NCBI GenBank assembly: GCA_951406725.2
Contig: OX597818.1
Coordinates: forward strand, 85,746,001-85,810,000
Direction: 5' to 3'
DNA: 64,000 bases
DNA from: Octopus vulgaris
Lineage: Eukaryota
Below, piece by piece: positions 12,551 to 27,900 of the stretch. The translations under genes and the position numbers were made by a program. The notes under the pieces are model-generated. The model was not told the origin of the DNA, searched no databases, and saw only the letters and a list, made by a program, of their open reading frames with translations. How positions within the stretch are numbered: position 1 is the stretch's first letter; each line of letters opens with the position of its first letter.

Positions 12551-13779
12551 TTTTATATCATTACCATCATCATTTTAATGCCTACTTTTACTTGCTTGCA
12601 TATGCCAGACAAGAGTGAGGTAGTTTTTTTTCTACAGCCTGATGTGCTTTCTGTCACTTATTTCCCACTTGATTCTGAGTGAGGTTTCCAAATAGTCTCC
12701 TAGTCTACTGAACAATTACCAGCTTGGGCATGTTTTAAGGTGAGAACTGGAAACATTATCATTTGAGGAGCCTTTTGTTCATAGAGATCACGCAATATGT
12801 CAGGAAGCCTGAATATCTTTTCATGGTGGACTGCAAGCTAGACTCTGGCAGGAAGTCATAGCTTACAAACCAACAATGAAAGCAGAAACACTCACAGGCA
12901 CACAGATACATTAACATATATGCATGTCTGTATGTACACACACACATACACATGGACATATACACAAAAAATTTCTTCAGTTTCTGTCTTCCAAATTCAC
13001 TCACAGTATATATACTCATGTGTGTGTATGTGTGTGTGTGTAATGGGTGGTGCAGGTATAGCTGAATGATTAAGAAATTTGCTTTGCAATCATAAATATT
13101 AAGGTTCAATCCCATGGTGTGTTACCTTGTGGACAAACATCTTTTGCCAGTTTTTTTTATGAAAGCCTCTGGATTATCCAAGCCATGCTTGTAAAATTAG
13201 GCTTAAAAAAAACCATATTGAAGCCTACGGAATGAAGTTTGTCTGTGATTCAAGAGACCAATTATATTCCCTATGATGTAACATTGAGTCAGTCTGAGTA
13301 TTACATTGGTTAAGGGCACTGTGATATATCATAGCATTTAGTCCCACCCATGATAGCATGGAAGGTGGATGTTAAAGAATGATGATGAAGATTTATAGAC
13401 TGTATAATTGTAATACACTACGGTATATTAAAATAAATAGTAGTATGCATGGCTGTGTGGTTAAGAATTGTTTCTCAACTATGCAGTCTCAGGTTCAGTC
13501 CCACTATGTGTAACTGGGGTAAGTGTTTTACGTTATGGTCCCTAGCCTATGAAAGCCTTGTGAAGAGATTTGGTAGAAGGAATCTGAAAGAAGCATATCA
13601 TTTTTTACCTTTTGTGTAACCACCTTTTCTCATACTTTTATCTTTCTGATGAAGGAGGAGAGTCCTAAATGTCAAGGTTCTTTCCCCTTTTCTACATCAA
13701 AAAAAATAAATTTCTTAATATTTGTTCCTCGAGTGTTATTTACTTTTTGCGATTGTTGCCTAGTGTGTATGTATGTATG

Positions 13780-13837
<58 letters not shown>

Positions 13838-14398
13838 AGGCGATGATAAAGTGACTGAGACCTTTGGCGATATGCTGTGCTTGAGAGTACTCATCAAACC
13901 AAGTGAAATCATGAAATCTTTGTCGTAACCAATGCCAGTGTCACATAACTGACACTCGTGCTTGTGGTACATAAAAGCACCTGCACCAGTGGCACATAAA
14001 AATCCCCCATTATACTCTGGGATTAGTTGACACTAAGAAGGGCATCCAACTGTAGAAACCATACCAAGTCAGACCAGAACCTGGTGCAGCTATTGGGCTT
14101 ACCAGTTCCAGTCAAATCATCTAATCCATGCCAGCATGGAAAGCAGACATTACATGATAATGGTGATATATATATATGTGTATGTGTGTGTGTGTATACG
14201 GTTGTTGTAAATGTGTGTCACTATCATACAAGCAGTGTTATTTATTTCCACTTTTCCATGAGACAGGTAAGGATTGGTAACAAGAATGGCATCCAGCTGT
14301 ATAAAATTTTCTCAATCAAACCTGGAAAAGTGGGCAGTGAAATGATGATGATGATTATTATTATTTTTCTATTCATCATTGAAACTAATATAAGACCT

Positions 14399-14499
<101 letters not shown>

Positions 14500-16886
14500 G
14501 TGTACACACATCTTTGTTTCAAATATGTATTTATGTTTGAATAATTATACCACCAGATTCATGTATCATATCATGCTTTCACAATAATAGAATTATTATC
14601 TCTAACATACTCTCTTTCATATATATATATATAGAGAGAGAGAGAGTGAGAGAGACATATTTATGCACACACATACATACATATATATAGATAGATAGAT
14701 ATACACACACACATATATGAGAGAGAGCTACACACACACATATATGAGAGAGAGCTACACACACACACATATATATATATATAGTCGTCATCATCATTTA
14801 ACATCCGTTGTCCATGCTAGCATGAGTTGGACAGTTCGACCAGGCCTGGTAAGCTGAGAGGCTGCACCAGACATGGTTTCTATGGCTGGATGCCCTTCCT
14901 AACGTATATGTGATTATGCATAGCAATCATACAAACATAACAAATTCAACCATTTCTCCTTAGATTTAAAGAAAAAAAATTAACAACCTTATTTGGTTTT
15001 TGTCCCTTATTGGGTTCTCTTGAGGGATGTCTTCATTACTTGTCTCATCCCAGAGATTCTAGCAACCAGTTTGTTTATATACACAACAAATCTAGTATTT
15101 TCAGAAAACTGGTGCTATTGATAAGCATACTATAAGTATTTTAACACTTTATTTAATGTCAGACACCTGTCATCGGAGATCCCAGTGCACACAGTGACAA
15201 GGTATATGATATATGTAAACCTACATAGCAGGGCAGTTGTTCCCTTGACATCAAGTGATACTTGAAAAATGAGAGTCACCATCATAAAAAGCCGTGTCCT
15301 TTATTTTGCAATGTTTCATGAAAAATAAGTCCAGCCATGGGGAAATATTACCTTGCATGGAAACAGATGAGGGTTAGCAACAGGAAGAGTACCCAACTTC
15401 ATAAAAGTTTGCCTCAATGAATTCCATATGACATATGTAAGCTTCGAAAAGTGGACATTAAAATGACAAGAATGACGGTGACTGTGGATGCCTGGTTTGA
15501 GTGTTAATTACTGGTTTGGCAGTAATTTGAACCTATAATCTTTTGGCGTCAGTAATCCCATGCTCCATCTAACTAACTACTGGACACACTGCAGAAAACA
15601 TTTCCTTAATTAAGCTGAAACCATACAGCATCAACATGTACCATCACCACCACCACCACTACAAGAACAGAATTTTGTTGGTTTCACTCCACACAAGTTG
15701 AAAGCTTCCTGTTGTTCCTTGCTTATGGCTATTTTCTCTCAGAAACCATTACATTAAATTTCATTCATTATTTCCATTCACATCCACTCCTCATTTGTCG
15801 CACTCATCTGTCTTTATCATTATGCCTCCACTCTTCAACTCATTTTTCCTTCTTCTTTCTTTACTTCATTCATTATACTCTGCATTTCATAAGTTTGTTA
15901 CATCTCCCTTATATTATATTCTTTATTCTTATTCTCTCTCTCTCTCTCTCTTTATATTTTCTTCTCTCTCAATCCTCTTTCTCAGCCCCTTTTTTCTGTT
16001 TCCCATTTCTGGCAATACCTACTCTTTTCTTCTTTTCTTTCATCTCTAATCTTTCCCATTTCATCACCATCGTTGTGATCACAGGCATTTATTATCCACT
16101 CTTTCATGCTTGCACGGGTCAGATGGAATTTGTCGAGGCAGATTTTCTATGCTCTTCGTGTTGCAAGCCCTCACCTTTTTCCAAGTTAGACAACATTTCC
16201 TCTTGGCCAGATATGTTTTCTCAGAGTATTGGAAATAAATGACACTGCTTGTATGACAGTGATAATCATTTATGACTGTCACATGATGTCAAGACAAGGA
16301 GACACAAGCATATGCTCACTCACACATATATATAAACATACAAATGTCTAACTGGAAGATGGCCCTCAGCTTGACAGGAAGCATGGAATAGTTGCAAAAG
16401 TATGTCTATTTACTGCACCTATTTGTATTCAGCCAACTATTTGTATTCTATAGTTCTGCTTGTTCAAAGCTGACCTGGTGGTGGTGGTGGTAATGGTGGT
16501 GATGATGATGATTTCTTGCTTAGAAAAAGTGAAACAGTGCTATCTATATTTATTACATGTCTGTTAACCGAAATTTATACAGTGTAGGAAAATGGTTGAC
16601 TTATAATATTCCACACCCATTTCCAATTTCTAAATTGTAAAAATATAAAATAAAAAAAAAGTAAATGAAATTTCAAACGATGCAATCAAGGAATGAAAAA
16701 TATAAAAAAAAACATTAACTAGTTAAGCTAGCAGTCAGAGATGAAGAGTAGCAAGATAAAACATTCCACCAAATTTCCTTATCTCAATTTTATGCTACCC
16801 GCATCATACTAATGTTTGCAGTTATCTCCCTTCTTCACTAGAGCTCTTGTGTCTCCTTTGGCACACACAAATACACAAACACCAGT

Positions 16887-16940
<54 letters not shown>

Positions 16941-17132
16941 TATAAACATCAGTTACTATCTTCCTAATTTTCTCTCTAGTTAACTTCTCTTAGTTGTCTG
17001 GTCTGTACCATTACTATTCTTCACTTGATTTGTTATCTTTTAAAACTCTCCACTACCAACTCCATTTCAACAGTACCATCACCAGTACAGTCTCTGCTAT
17101 CAGCTCATTCTTCCTTCATTTACAGTAATAAT

Positions 17133-17190
<58 letters not shown>

Positions 17191-18575
17191 GAATTTATTA
17201 AAAAGTCTGTTTCATGAGTGAATTAGGAAAGGTAGAAAATACATGCAGGAACTATTTGTTTTATTTTTATTAATTCCTTACTTTTTAGGTTGTCACATTA
17301 GCAGAATGGTCAAGCCATTATGGAGAATGCTTTGTAGTATTTCTTCTGACATTTTACACACTGAGTTCAAATCTTGCTGAGGTCATCTATACCCCTTCAT
17401 ACTTTGTCTGGATTGACCTCGTGCCTAAGAAACCATTATAATAAGGGTGGTCAGTTAGCAGAATTGTTTATGCAACAGACAAAGCACCTTATTGTATTTC
17501 TCATAGCATTTTGTCTTCTGAGTTGAGTTAAAAAACCACCAATGTCAACTTTGCTTTTCATCTTATAAGGTAATGTACCATTCAAATTATGAGGTCAGAA
17601 GCATTAACCAACCACTTTACTACAAAATTACTGGCATTGTGCTTAAATCAGACACCACTATTATTATTAATGTATTGGGTGAGCTGGTAGAATTGTAAGC
17701 AGTATATCTTATAACTTTTCATATTCTGAGTTCAGATGGTCATTAAATTCAAACTCAGTTTGAAACCCTGAGCAAATTTTTTCTGAACCTCTGTGTCATA
17801 CAGACAGACTGGAATAAGCAGCTTGATTTAGGCAGACCTATCATCATCATCATTATTATCATTTTATTAAATAAACATTGTTTTTCCTTTCCGTGTTTGC
17901 TTGAGTCAGATGGAAGCTATTGAGACAAAATTTTCTATGGTCTGATGCCCTTCTGGTTAGCAATCCTCACCAGTTTCCAAGTGTGGCAAATATTACCCTG
18001 TGGTCAGACATGTTTTCACAGAAGATTGGTAGCAAAAGACAGTGTTTGTATGATGGTGACACAATTATCATGCAATGACAAGAAGACACTAACAGTCACG
18101 TACACACTCCATTACTTCCTATCAATATCTGAGGAAGGAATTTTTATATTCCAAAATATATTAGACTATGAATAATTAAATTATTTATAACAGTTAAGTC
18201 CACTCTTCATTGTTGTACCATTCTAGACACATTACATTTCATATATTTATATATATATATATAAATACATATTCATTGAGCTTCCACACAGTTTCCATTT
18301 ATTAAATTCACTCACAAGGCATTAGTCAACCCAGGGTTATAGTAGAAGACTCTTGCTCATTGTATTCTGCAGAGGGACTGAAACTCAAAACTACATGATT
18401 GCAAAGAAAAGTTGTTAACTACACAGCCAGGCCTATGGCTAATATCTATTACTGTTTAACCTCTCACCTTCTTATATCAGATTAGGTAGGATAATTTTAA
18501 TCATCTTTTAAATTCTGCTCATTTGCCATATTTGAAATCACTACTAAAGTTGTTGTTTAATATATTAATATATTA

Positions 18576-18607
<32 letters not shown>

Positions 18608-19806
18608 GCATGGCTGTGTGGTAAGAAGCTTGCTTCCTAACCACGTGGTTCCGGGTTCAGTCCCACTGCGCAGCACTTTGGGCAAGTGTCTTCTACTATA
18701 GCTTCAGGTCAACCAAAGCCTTGTGAGTGGATCTGGTAGATGGAAACTGAAAGAAGCCTGTCATATATATATATATAAATATAGGCACAGGCATGGCTGT
18801 TTGGTAAGCTGCAAGCATCCCAACCACATGGTTCCTGGTCAAGTGTCTTCTTCTATAGCAATGTGAATGGATTTGGTAGACAGAAACTGACAGAAGCTCA
18901 TCATGTGTGTGTGTATATGTCTGTCTGTCTGTGTTTGTTCCCCATCACCACTTGACAACTAATGATGATGTGTTTACCTCTGTGTAACTTAGCAATTCAG
19001 CAAAAGATATTGATAGAATAAGTACCAGGCTTGGAAAGATTTAACTTGAGTCAATTCATTCAACAAAGAATTCTTCAAGATGGTGCCCCAGCATGACCAC
19101 AGTCTAATGACTGAAACAAGTAAAAAAAATTGCAATGAGAACTTCTTAACTACACAGCTCTTCTTTACCTGTAACATTTTTTCTTCTCCATTTCTTATAA
19201 CCATTTAGGTATAATGATTTTAATCAGCTTTTAATTTTAAATTCTGCTCATTTGTCATGTTTGAAAAGATTGTGCTAAAAGTGTTGTTTGCTATAAAAAA
19301 AAAAATTTCACTGAGACGTCTTGCATTTTACCAGCATAGAATTACATAAAACAGTGAAACAAAAAGACATGCTTTAATTCCAATGTCCTACGTACTTGAT
19401 ATTTTCAAGTCTTCATTGAAAGTAATATCCATCATAGCTATTGGCTGTGAATATATTATAGCTGGAACCAATAGACGTTGCTATATAAATATAAGTTAAT
19501 TGGCTTCAACAAGGATGGAATTAATTTTATTCAACAGCACAATTTGTGCTTCTTTCTGATAAAGATTAAATGTCAAAATTTCTACACATGAATTATCGGA
19601 TCAAAAGATTCTGAATCAAAGAGTCATCTCCAGTTTATTGGAAAGGCCATTTTGGTCAGTACTAGTAATCAATATACTTACTAACCACACCCTCCTCTGC
19701 CGCCCTTGTGCTGCTGCTGCTCCTGATGACCTGAAAAACTTGGCTTTACTCTCTCTCACACACACATACATGCATACATATGTGTTTATGTATGTATGTA
19801 TGTATG

Positions 19807-19844
<38 letters not shown>

Positions 19845-21943
19845 TGCCTGCATACACACACACATATACATATGAAAAGAAAATCAGAGAAACTATTGTC
19901 AAGAATTTTGTTGGTAAAATTGGTAGACAGGAACCTGCTTTGAATTAATGATTCTTGATTTGATCTGAATAGTTCATTGAAAAGACGGTACTAAACTTTA
20001 TTATATTGGTCTTTTGTACAGCTTTAGTAGTTTTTATACTTTTAAACAATCTTGATACAAAAACATTTGAATCATTTTCAGCTGTATTTTCTTTTCAAAG
20101 TTTTGGAAAATTACCATCCAGTTCCTTATGGGCCTTTTAGCTAAGTTCACTGAGTTCCAAACATTCAGGCTCTTCCAAATCTGCCTCTTACCTCCCACCA
20201 TCCACCACTTATGTTTTCCTGCTTATGTTTAAACCAGACATCTGCTGCAGCAGTGTTCAGATTCTGCAGCCGGTTGGTCAATCAGAAGTCTTTTGTTGTC
20301 TCTCCTGTTTGACCAAAAACGTAGTCTTCAAGGGTTTATAAAAGAAATTCACAGGCATTGATGTGTCGCAAGCATCTTGCTTCTCAACCATATGGTTTCA
20401 GGTTTGGTTCTGCTGCATGGCACTTAGGGCATGTGTCTTCCACTATAGCCCCAGGCTAATCAAAGCCTTGTGTGTGGCTTTGTTAGGTGGAAACTGAAAG
20501 TAGCTTGTTGCAAATATATATAAAATAATAAAGTCAGGAGGTATAAAAGGTGAATTTATACTTATTTAATCATATGACTTCTGTAAGATTATCATAGTTT
20601 CTCAACCTTTTTCATGTTTGCATTAATCCATTTCTATATGGATTGATAGCCAAGCCCTTAAGAGGAGCTTTCTGTGATAGCTGCATGATGCACGGAACAC
20701 ACATCTTATACTACTCATATATTTATATATAGTGTACATATATGGGTATGTGTGTCTTTGTGTTGCATTTGTCCCCTACCAGTGTTAGTTTGTTATGTTC
20801 CCATATCTTAGCACTTCAGCATAAGAGACTGATAGAATAAGTATCAGACTTCAAAAATGTGTTACTGGGTTTGATTTGTTTGACTAAACCCTCAAGGCAG
20901 AGCCTCAGAATGGCCGCAGTCTAGTGACTGAAACAAGTAAAAGTTATAACACATCACTATCGCCACTATTTATCAAAGGAACTTGAAACGTTATAACTTC
21001 TCAAAAGGTCTACTCAGTTACCATATTAGGAACAAGGTTATTGTTACCCTTTGTGATAAGATATTCTAGATGAAGCTTAAAGAAAATTTCAAGACAGAAT
21101 TCCCTGATGTTATTGTAATCTTCTTGTTTTTGCAAATTCATAGGAGGAATTAAAGTAAACAGTACAAGCTAGTTGCTATTTTATGGTATCTATTAGCAAT
21201 TTAATAGACTTGGTGTTCTAGTCATATTCTCTGTATGCTACTAGTAATAGATTACAAACTTTTTATAGAAGGCAGTTGTATTTACAATAATAATTTTTCT
21301 CAGTTATCAGACCTGCTTTAAATTTATTACATGCATGGTGCCACCTTGATGGCAGTTAATACAAAGGGAAGGAATCATCTCCTTACAATTAGAAATTTGA
21401 AATCAAGCAGTATGAAAGAATACAAAGAGTTCTCATATATAATCATTTTTGGAATGGTGGATCTTGAACCAGATAAAGCTAAATAAATATCAAAAACTTG
21501 GCACAAGGCGAGCGCAAAGCAGGAAAGAAATTCAGAGGAAAAACTCCCATCCAACAAGTGTTTTGGCCCCTATTCCTGACACTTTATGGGAGCTAGGCCC
21601 ACCCAGGTTTTGACTCCTCGTGCTACTTTCCAAAATCTTGTCTCCACCTGGATTCAAACTTAGGTCATTTGTTTTGTGATCTTATGTTTCCAGGTCAGTA
21701 TTTCAGACCTCAAGGCCAAGCTGACCACTGAAGGAGGCAGTTCTCTTAGCATTCAAATATTAGGTTGAAAATCCCCTTGGATAAAAAAAAAATTTAATCA
21801 AAGGCTGCCTGGGGTTTGAACCCTCATTCCTTGTAAACATGACAAGTGTTCTGCCATTTGACCAAAGCACTCCTTCAAATTTCTCTGTCCACTTTAGAAG
21901 GTTTATTCTCACATGGCAAATATTGTGTGACATTAACAATATA

Positions 21944-21988
<45 letters not shown>

Positions 21989-22142
21989 TTCTGCATGTTT
22001 CAGTCATTTAACTGCAGCTGTGCTTAAAAGATTGTTTTTTTTTAGTCGAAGAAATCAACCCTAGGACTTATTCTTTGTAAGTTTAGTACTTATTCAATTG
22101 GCTTCTTTTGCCAAACTGCTAAACAAAGACACACATACATAA

Positions 22143-22189
<47 letters not shown>

Positions 22190-22863
22190 ACAAGCTTCTT
22201 TAAGTTCCCATCTACCAAATCCACTCACAAAGCTTTAATCGACCTGAGGCTATTGTAGAAGATGCTGTATATACCAAGTATCATGCAGTTGGGACTGAAC
22301 TTGAAACCACATCGCTGGAAAGAAGGCTTCTTAATCACACACCCATACCTTCTCATCTCAGTTTCTTAATGAAATCTTACATTTACACTTTAATTAGCTT
22401 TGCAATTAGATATGTGTAATTCTTTGTTTGTTTGCATTGATAGATAACAACATTGATAAATTAGATATTCAGCTGGCTGCAATCTGTTTGACATTCACTA
22501 AGTGAGGTCAAGTTCGTGTTAAATAGATTGCTATGGGAAATTTTACTGAATCAATATTACTCAGAGAATATATGAAGCTACACTAATAACATATAAAAGT
22601 CATCCTGATATTATGCATTCAGTGAAGGTCCTCTTTTTTCCCCTAATTTTTAACAAATTTTTGAAATGCAATTAGGCGCAAATATAAAACAGTTTCACTC
22701 ACAAGGCATTGGTCAACCTGGAGTTATAGTAAGACACTTGATGTAGAGTGAGATTGAACCTGAAACCACGTGATTGCAAAGCAAACTTTTTAACCACATT
22801 GCTATGCCTTGACCTATATATATAGGTATACGTTGTGTGGTGGTGGGTGGAGAACAGACAGGC

Positions 22864-22894
<31 letters not shown>

Positions 22895-22987
22895 CCCAGC
22901 ATGAAAGATGGACATGAAATGATTAAGTGATGAGAGAGAGATAGCCTGGTGTGTGTGTTTGTATAGATATGAGTGTATCTATATATA

Positions 22988-23021
<34 letters not shown>

Positions 23022-23298
23022 CACACGCATACATATATTCACACACACATATACATAAATACACACACACATGTACATACATACACAGACATTACATACA
23101 CACACATATGTATACATATACATACACACATCTACATACATACATCTGTGTACTCATACATGTATACAGACACACACACACATACACACATATATATGTA
23201 TGTAATATATACACACATGTACTTACATACATATATATATATATTTGTATATAATACATACACACACATTTTATATATAATACACACACACTCACACG

Positions 23299-23351
<53 letters not shown>

Positions 23352-24469
23352 TATACATATATCATTTTTACACACACACGTGCATAAACAGACAAAATCT
23401 CAAAGAGATCCTTTATTGAACAAGAAACTTCCTTATATTGACAATGACTGCATTATTTTCACTGTTACATAATGGATTCCTTGTTTTTGTTTCCTCTGTA
23501 AAGTAGATCTAATGTATTGTTGGTAATTTTAAACCTACATGCTATATATACACAGAACGATATTAATAGAGGTGATGGCGCCGGCAGTAATAGTGGTGTT
23601 GGGTATATACATACATACATGGTGATGTGAGACCAGGAGTGTGGTGGATGGAGCTGAAAAGCATGTCTGTGCATTAATGCATTCTTATCTGTCAGAGTAG
23701 GAGGAGGAGGGTGGTAATGGCATGGTCGCGGTGGTGGTTGTCATGGCAGGAGTGAAGAATTTTCAGTAATGTAATGATAATCGCACTGAGAAAACATTTA
23801 AGATGTTCTACAAACTACAGAGCAGATTCTTGTTATTAACCCCTCCTTTTCTCTCTCTCTCTCTCTCTTTCTCCTCCTCCTCCTCCCCTTCCTTCTAACC
23901 ATTCAGGGTAAAATATAGAGTTACTACCGTTGTTGTTGTTGTTTAGTGCCAATTTCAGCTCCGACCGAATAGACGTATATATTAAAACCATTCCATTTCC
24001 AGCTGCGATTATCCCCTCTTTAGTTTTCCATACATGGTTTATCTAAGACTACATAATTAGATGTGTTCCTTCCTTTTCCAAGACACCAAGGTGTTATGTG
24101 AGGGTAATTTTGACTGCTACATTTAACAAGTCAAGCAACAATGTAGTTACAAACAAAACAACTTCGTTAATATGATGATGATGATGGTCATTTACAATTA
24201 TCACATGTTGTCTAGACAAGGGTACGCTCACACACACACACACATTTATAAATACATATATGTATATCATCATCAACATTTAATGTCCATTTTCCATGTT
24301 GGCATGAGTTGGGTGGTTTGACCAGGGCTGGTAAGGCTAGCAGCCACACCAGGTTCCTTTGACTGCTTTAGCATGATTTCTATGGCTGGATGCCCTTTCT
24401 AATGCCAACCACTTTACATGGTGTACTGGATGCTTTTTATGTAGCACCAACAGCAGCACAAGCTAGTGT

Positions 24470-24505
<36 letters not shown>

Positions 24506-24715
24506 TCACATACTAACACACACATTTACACACACTCATGATCGGCTTTTAGTTTCTGTCTACCAAATCCTTTCACAAGGCTTTGGTCAACTCAGAGCTA
24601 CATAAAGTGCTACATAACAGAACTGAACCTCTGACCACATAGCTGGAAAGCAAGCTTTTTACCCATACAACCACTCCTGTTTCCACAAAATATTTTACTA
24701 CCTCTCTACCATTTG

Positions 24716-24945
24716 CAGTAACGAGCTGGCAGAATCGTTTGCACGCCGGGCGAAATGCTTTGCGGTATTTCGTCCGCCGCTGCGTTCTGAGTTCAAATTC
24801 CGCCGAGGTCGACTTTGCCTTTCATCCTTTCGGGGTCGATAAATTAAGTACCAGTTACGCACTGGGGTCGATGTAATCGACTTAATCCGTTTGTCTGTCC
24901 TTGTTTGTCCCCTCTGTGTTTAGCCCCTTGTGGGTAGTAAAGAGA
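24716..24945 (+). mobile_element. Young tRNA-derived SINE with Deu/Nin-like central domain; many older copies across the window
   Basis: GAGCTGGCAGAATCG...GAGTTCAAATTCC head and GCCTTTCATCCTTTCGGGGTCGATAAATTAAGTACCAG domain; CpGs are intact, unlike other copies. Domain name is from recall. Confidence 0.8.
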
Positions 24946-27900
24946 TACATTTGTTTTATTTGTACAATAATGATAGTTTCTTACATATGTACCAGACCTC
25001 AGATTTGGGAAATGTATACAGTTGGTTATTAGATCCCAATAACACACTGGTATTTTATTTTATCAACCTCCAGAAAGTTAAAAAGCAGAGTTGACAACAT
25101 TAGGATTTGAATTCAGAATGTAAAAGACCGTAATTAAATGTTACATGTTATTTTTTTTCCAATACTAATACTACCTTTTTTTTAATTACACTTTATAATT
25201 AGGCTATATATTTTTAATGGCGTCTTATCAATTAGCTTCATCTCAGTACATTACTGGTACTTTGTAAAGTTGGTGGAATGAAAGGGAAGTCAATCATAGC
25301 AAGTTGAAACTAAATACAAGCTACCATTATATCTTATTTTTCATGCACTGTTGGTCTTCCCCCATCTCTTACTGAATTCACTCTTCAATCCTACTCAGCC
25401 TTTACAGTTGCTGATCACCTTTCATAACACCCATTCCCCATCTCTCACACCCTCTCACATTTATGGTTCTTCTCTTCCCACTTACCTTGTCTTGTACATT
25501 GGGGGTCCACTCGGACACCACATCATCACTATTTTTCATCCTTTCCCTGCTCTACCCGATCACTCCTATGCCCACTTACAAAATATAAGTAACCATGTAA
25601 CTCCTCTACAGCAAGAAACTTATTCTGCTCTGGATCCTTCTTTTATAATCTAACCTATTTCCAAGCCTAAATCCAGCTCCTTAGAGTACCTAATAAAAAG
25701 CACCTAGTACACATTGTAAAATGGTTGGCATTAAGAAGGGTACTGAAGAAACTATGCCAAAACAGATATTGAGACAGGATGCAATCCTTGGACCCATCAG
25801 ATTCTGTCAAACCATCGAAACCATGCTAGCAAGGAACATTTATATTAAGTGATGATTGTGGTGGGGATTCTCCAGTTTAATATTTGATTTAATTGCCTTC
25901 ATTGTAATTATGGCCATAATTCATATTTACGGCTGTATCATCATATTAGTAGCTATAGCTGTGTATCAGAGCAATTATAATTGCAAGTCCTGACTATCAT
26001 TGTAACTGTATGTGAGGCAGTGAGTGAGCTGAGAGAATCATTAGCATGTGGGAAAAAAAATACTTTACATTATTTCTTGTAGTGTACATTCTGAGTTCAA
26101 AAGCCACCAAAGTCAACCTTCTTTCCAACTTTCTGAGAGCCAATAAAATAAAGTAACAGTTTAGTGCTGGAGTTGATCTAATTGACTAAACCCCATCTTG
26201 CAAAATTGTTGGCCTTGTGCCCAAATTAGAAACTATTAAAGGTAGTGAGCTGGTAGACTCATTAGCACACCAGACAAAATGCTGAGTGTCATTTCTACCT
26301 GCTTGAAATTCTGAGTTAATATTCCACCAAGGTCTACTTTGCCTTTCATCCTTTCAGAGTTGATAAAATAAGTACCAGTTGACTATTGAGGTCGATGTAA
26401 TCAACCCTGAAATATCAGACCTTATGCCTATAGTAGAAAGAAAGAAAAAGAAATTATTATAAGTGTATGTCACGTTTACTGTGTCACAGTTATTCTAACT
26501 ATGTGTCATCACATTGGTCTGTATGTCACATGGTAACTATGACGATAAATATGATGTACCTATGGCTCTATATAACAGCAAATCAAAGGAAAATATTTAT
26601 TTTTCCTTGATAATTTACTTGGTGGATTCTCAAAGGCTCTAAAATCAAAGAATTCAATTCAAAACTTTGAAGAATACCTCCTGTAGCTATATTTATAAAT
26701 GCTTTATGTGCTTACAACTGCAATAAGTATTGAGTGTATCAGCTATTGTAAACTTTGCGTGCCAGAATATTACCTTATATGTGTTAATTAAATTCAAAAT
26801 AGTGCTTATTCCATCTGCCATTCCTGCTATTTAATCTCTGATGTTCTTAGTGCAAAACAAGTGATATTTATCATGTTTCTCCATTTAACAATGTTTAACT
26901 GTGTGTGCAGGTGTGGTAAGAAGTTTGTTTGGCAGATGGAAACCAAATGAAACTTGTTGTGTTTGTGTGTGTGTGTGTGCATGCTTGTGAATCTGTGTGT
27001 GTCTGTGCATATGTGTGCTTGTGCATGTTTGTCTGTGTGTATGTGTGTGCTTGTGTGTGTCTGTGTGTTTGTGCATGTGTGTGTGTGTGTGTGCATGCTT
27101 GTGCACATGTGTATCTGTGCTTGTGTGTTACTGTCTCCTTGCTTTAACATCACACGGTAGTTGTAGTGGAGTGTCATGGTCATGTGAGCGATGTCCTTTT
27201 GGTTTTTGATATTCTGTGAAAACCTGTCCAGTCATGGAGAAATATTACCTTACTTGGAAACAGGTAAAGGCTGGAAATAGGAAGGACATCCAACTAGAGA
27301 AAATCTGCTTCATTTCATCTGACTCATGTGAGCATGGAAAACTGGACATTGAAATGATGATGATGATATTTAGATATATTGAAAATATTAGGGTAAAAGA
27401 GTAAAGACCACCTTTGATCTTGAATGACCATGGGATTGCACCTAGAAAGTTACCCTCCAAGGCATAAATCTGGGCAAGGTTATTTATGTGAGACCAGCAG
27501 TTTCCCATACATACCAGCCTCCCCTCTCCATGCCACCAAGGAAAAGGTAAAGGACAATACAGCATGGCACCAGTGACATTGCAACTCATTTCTACAGCTG
27601 AGTAAACTGGAGCCACATGAAATAAAAAGTTTTGCTCAAGAACACAATGCATAGACCTGTCTGGGAATTGAACTCACTACCTCATAGTTGCAAGCCTGAT
27701 GCTCTATTCACTGAGCCATGTGCATTCACACAGAAAATATTAGTGTGTCAAAATTTGAATAAATGCATCATGCAGATCACTGCATGACTGTGTGGGTAAG
27801 ATGTGCACTTTGCAACTACATGGTTTCAGATTTAGTCTCACTTCACAGCATCTTGAACAAGGGTCTTCTGCTCTAGCCTTTGGTTGACCATAGCCTTGTA

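Noticed and set aside
22699-23387. Clusters of overlapping Y/I/H/T/C/V-rich ORFs (also 6234-7646, 26827-27209, 39163-39910)
   Set aside because: Translations of dinucleotide microsatellites.
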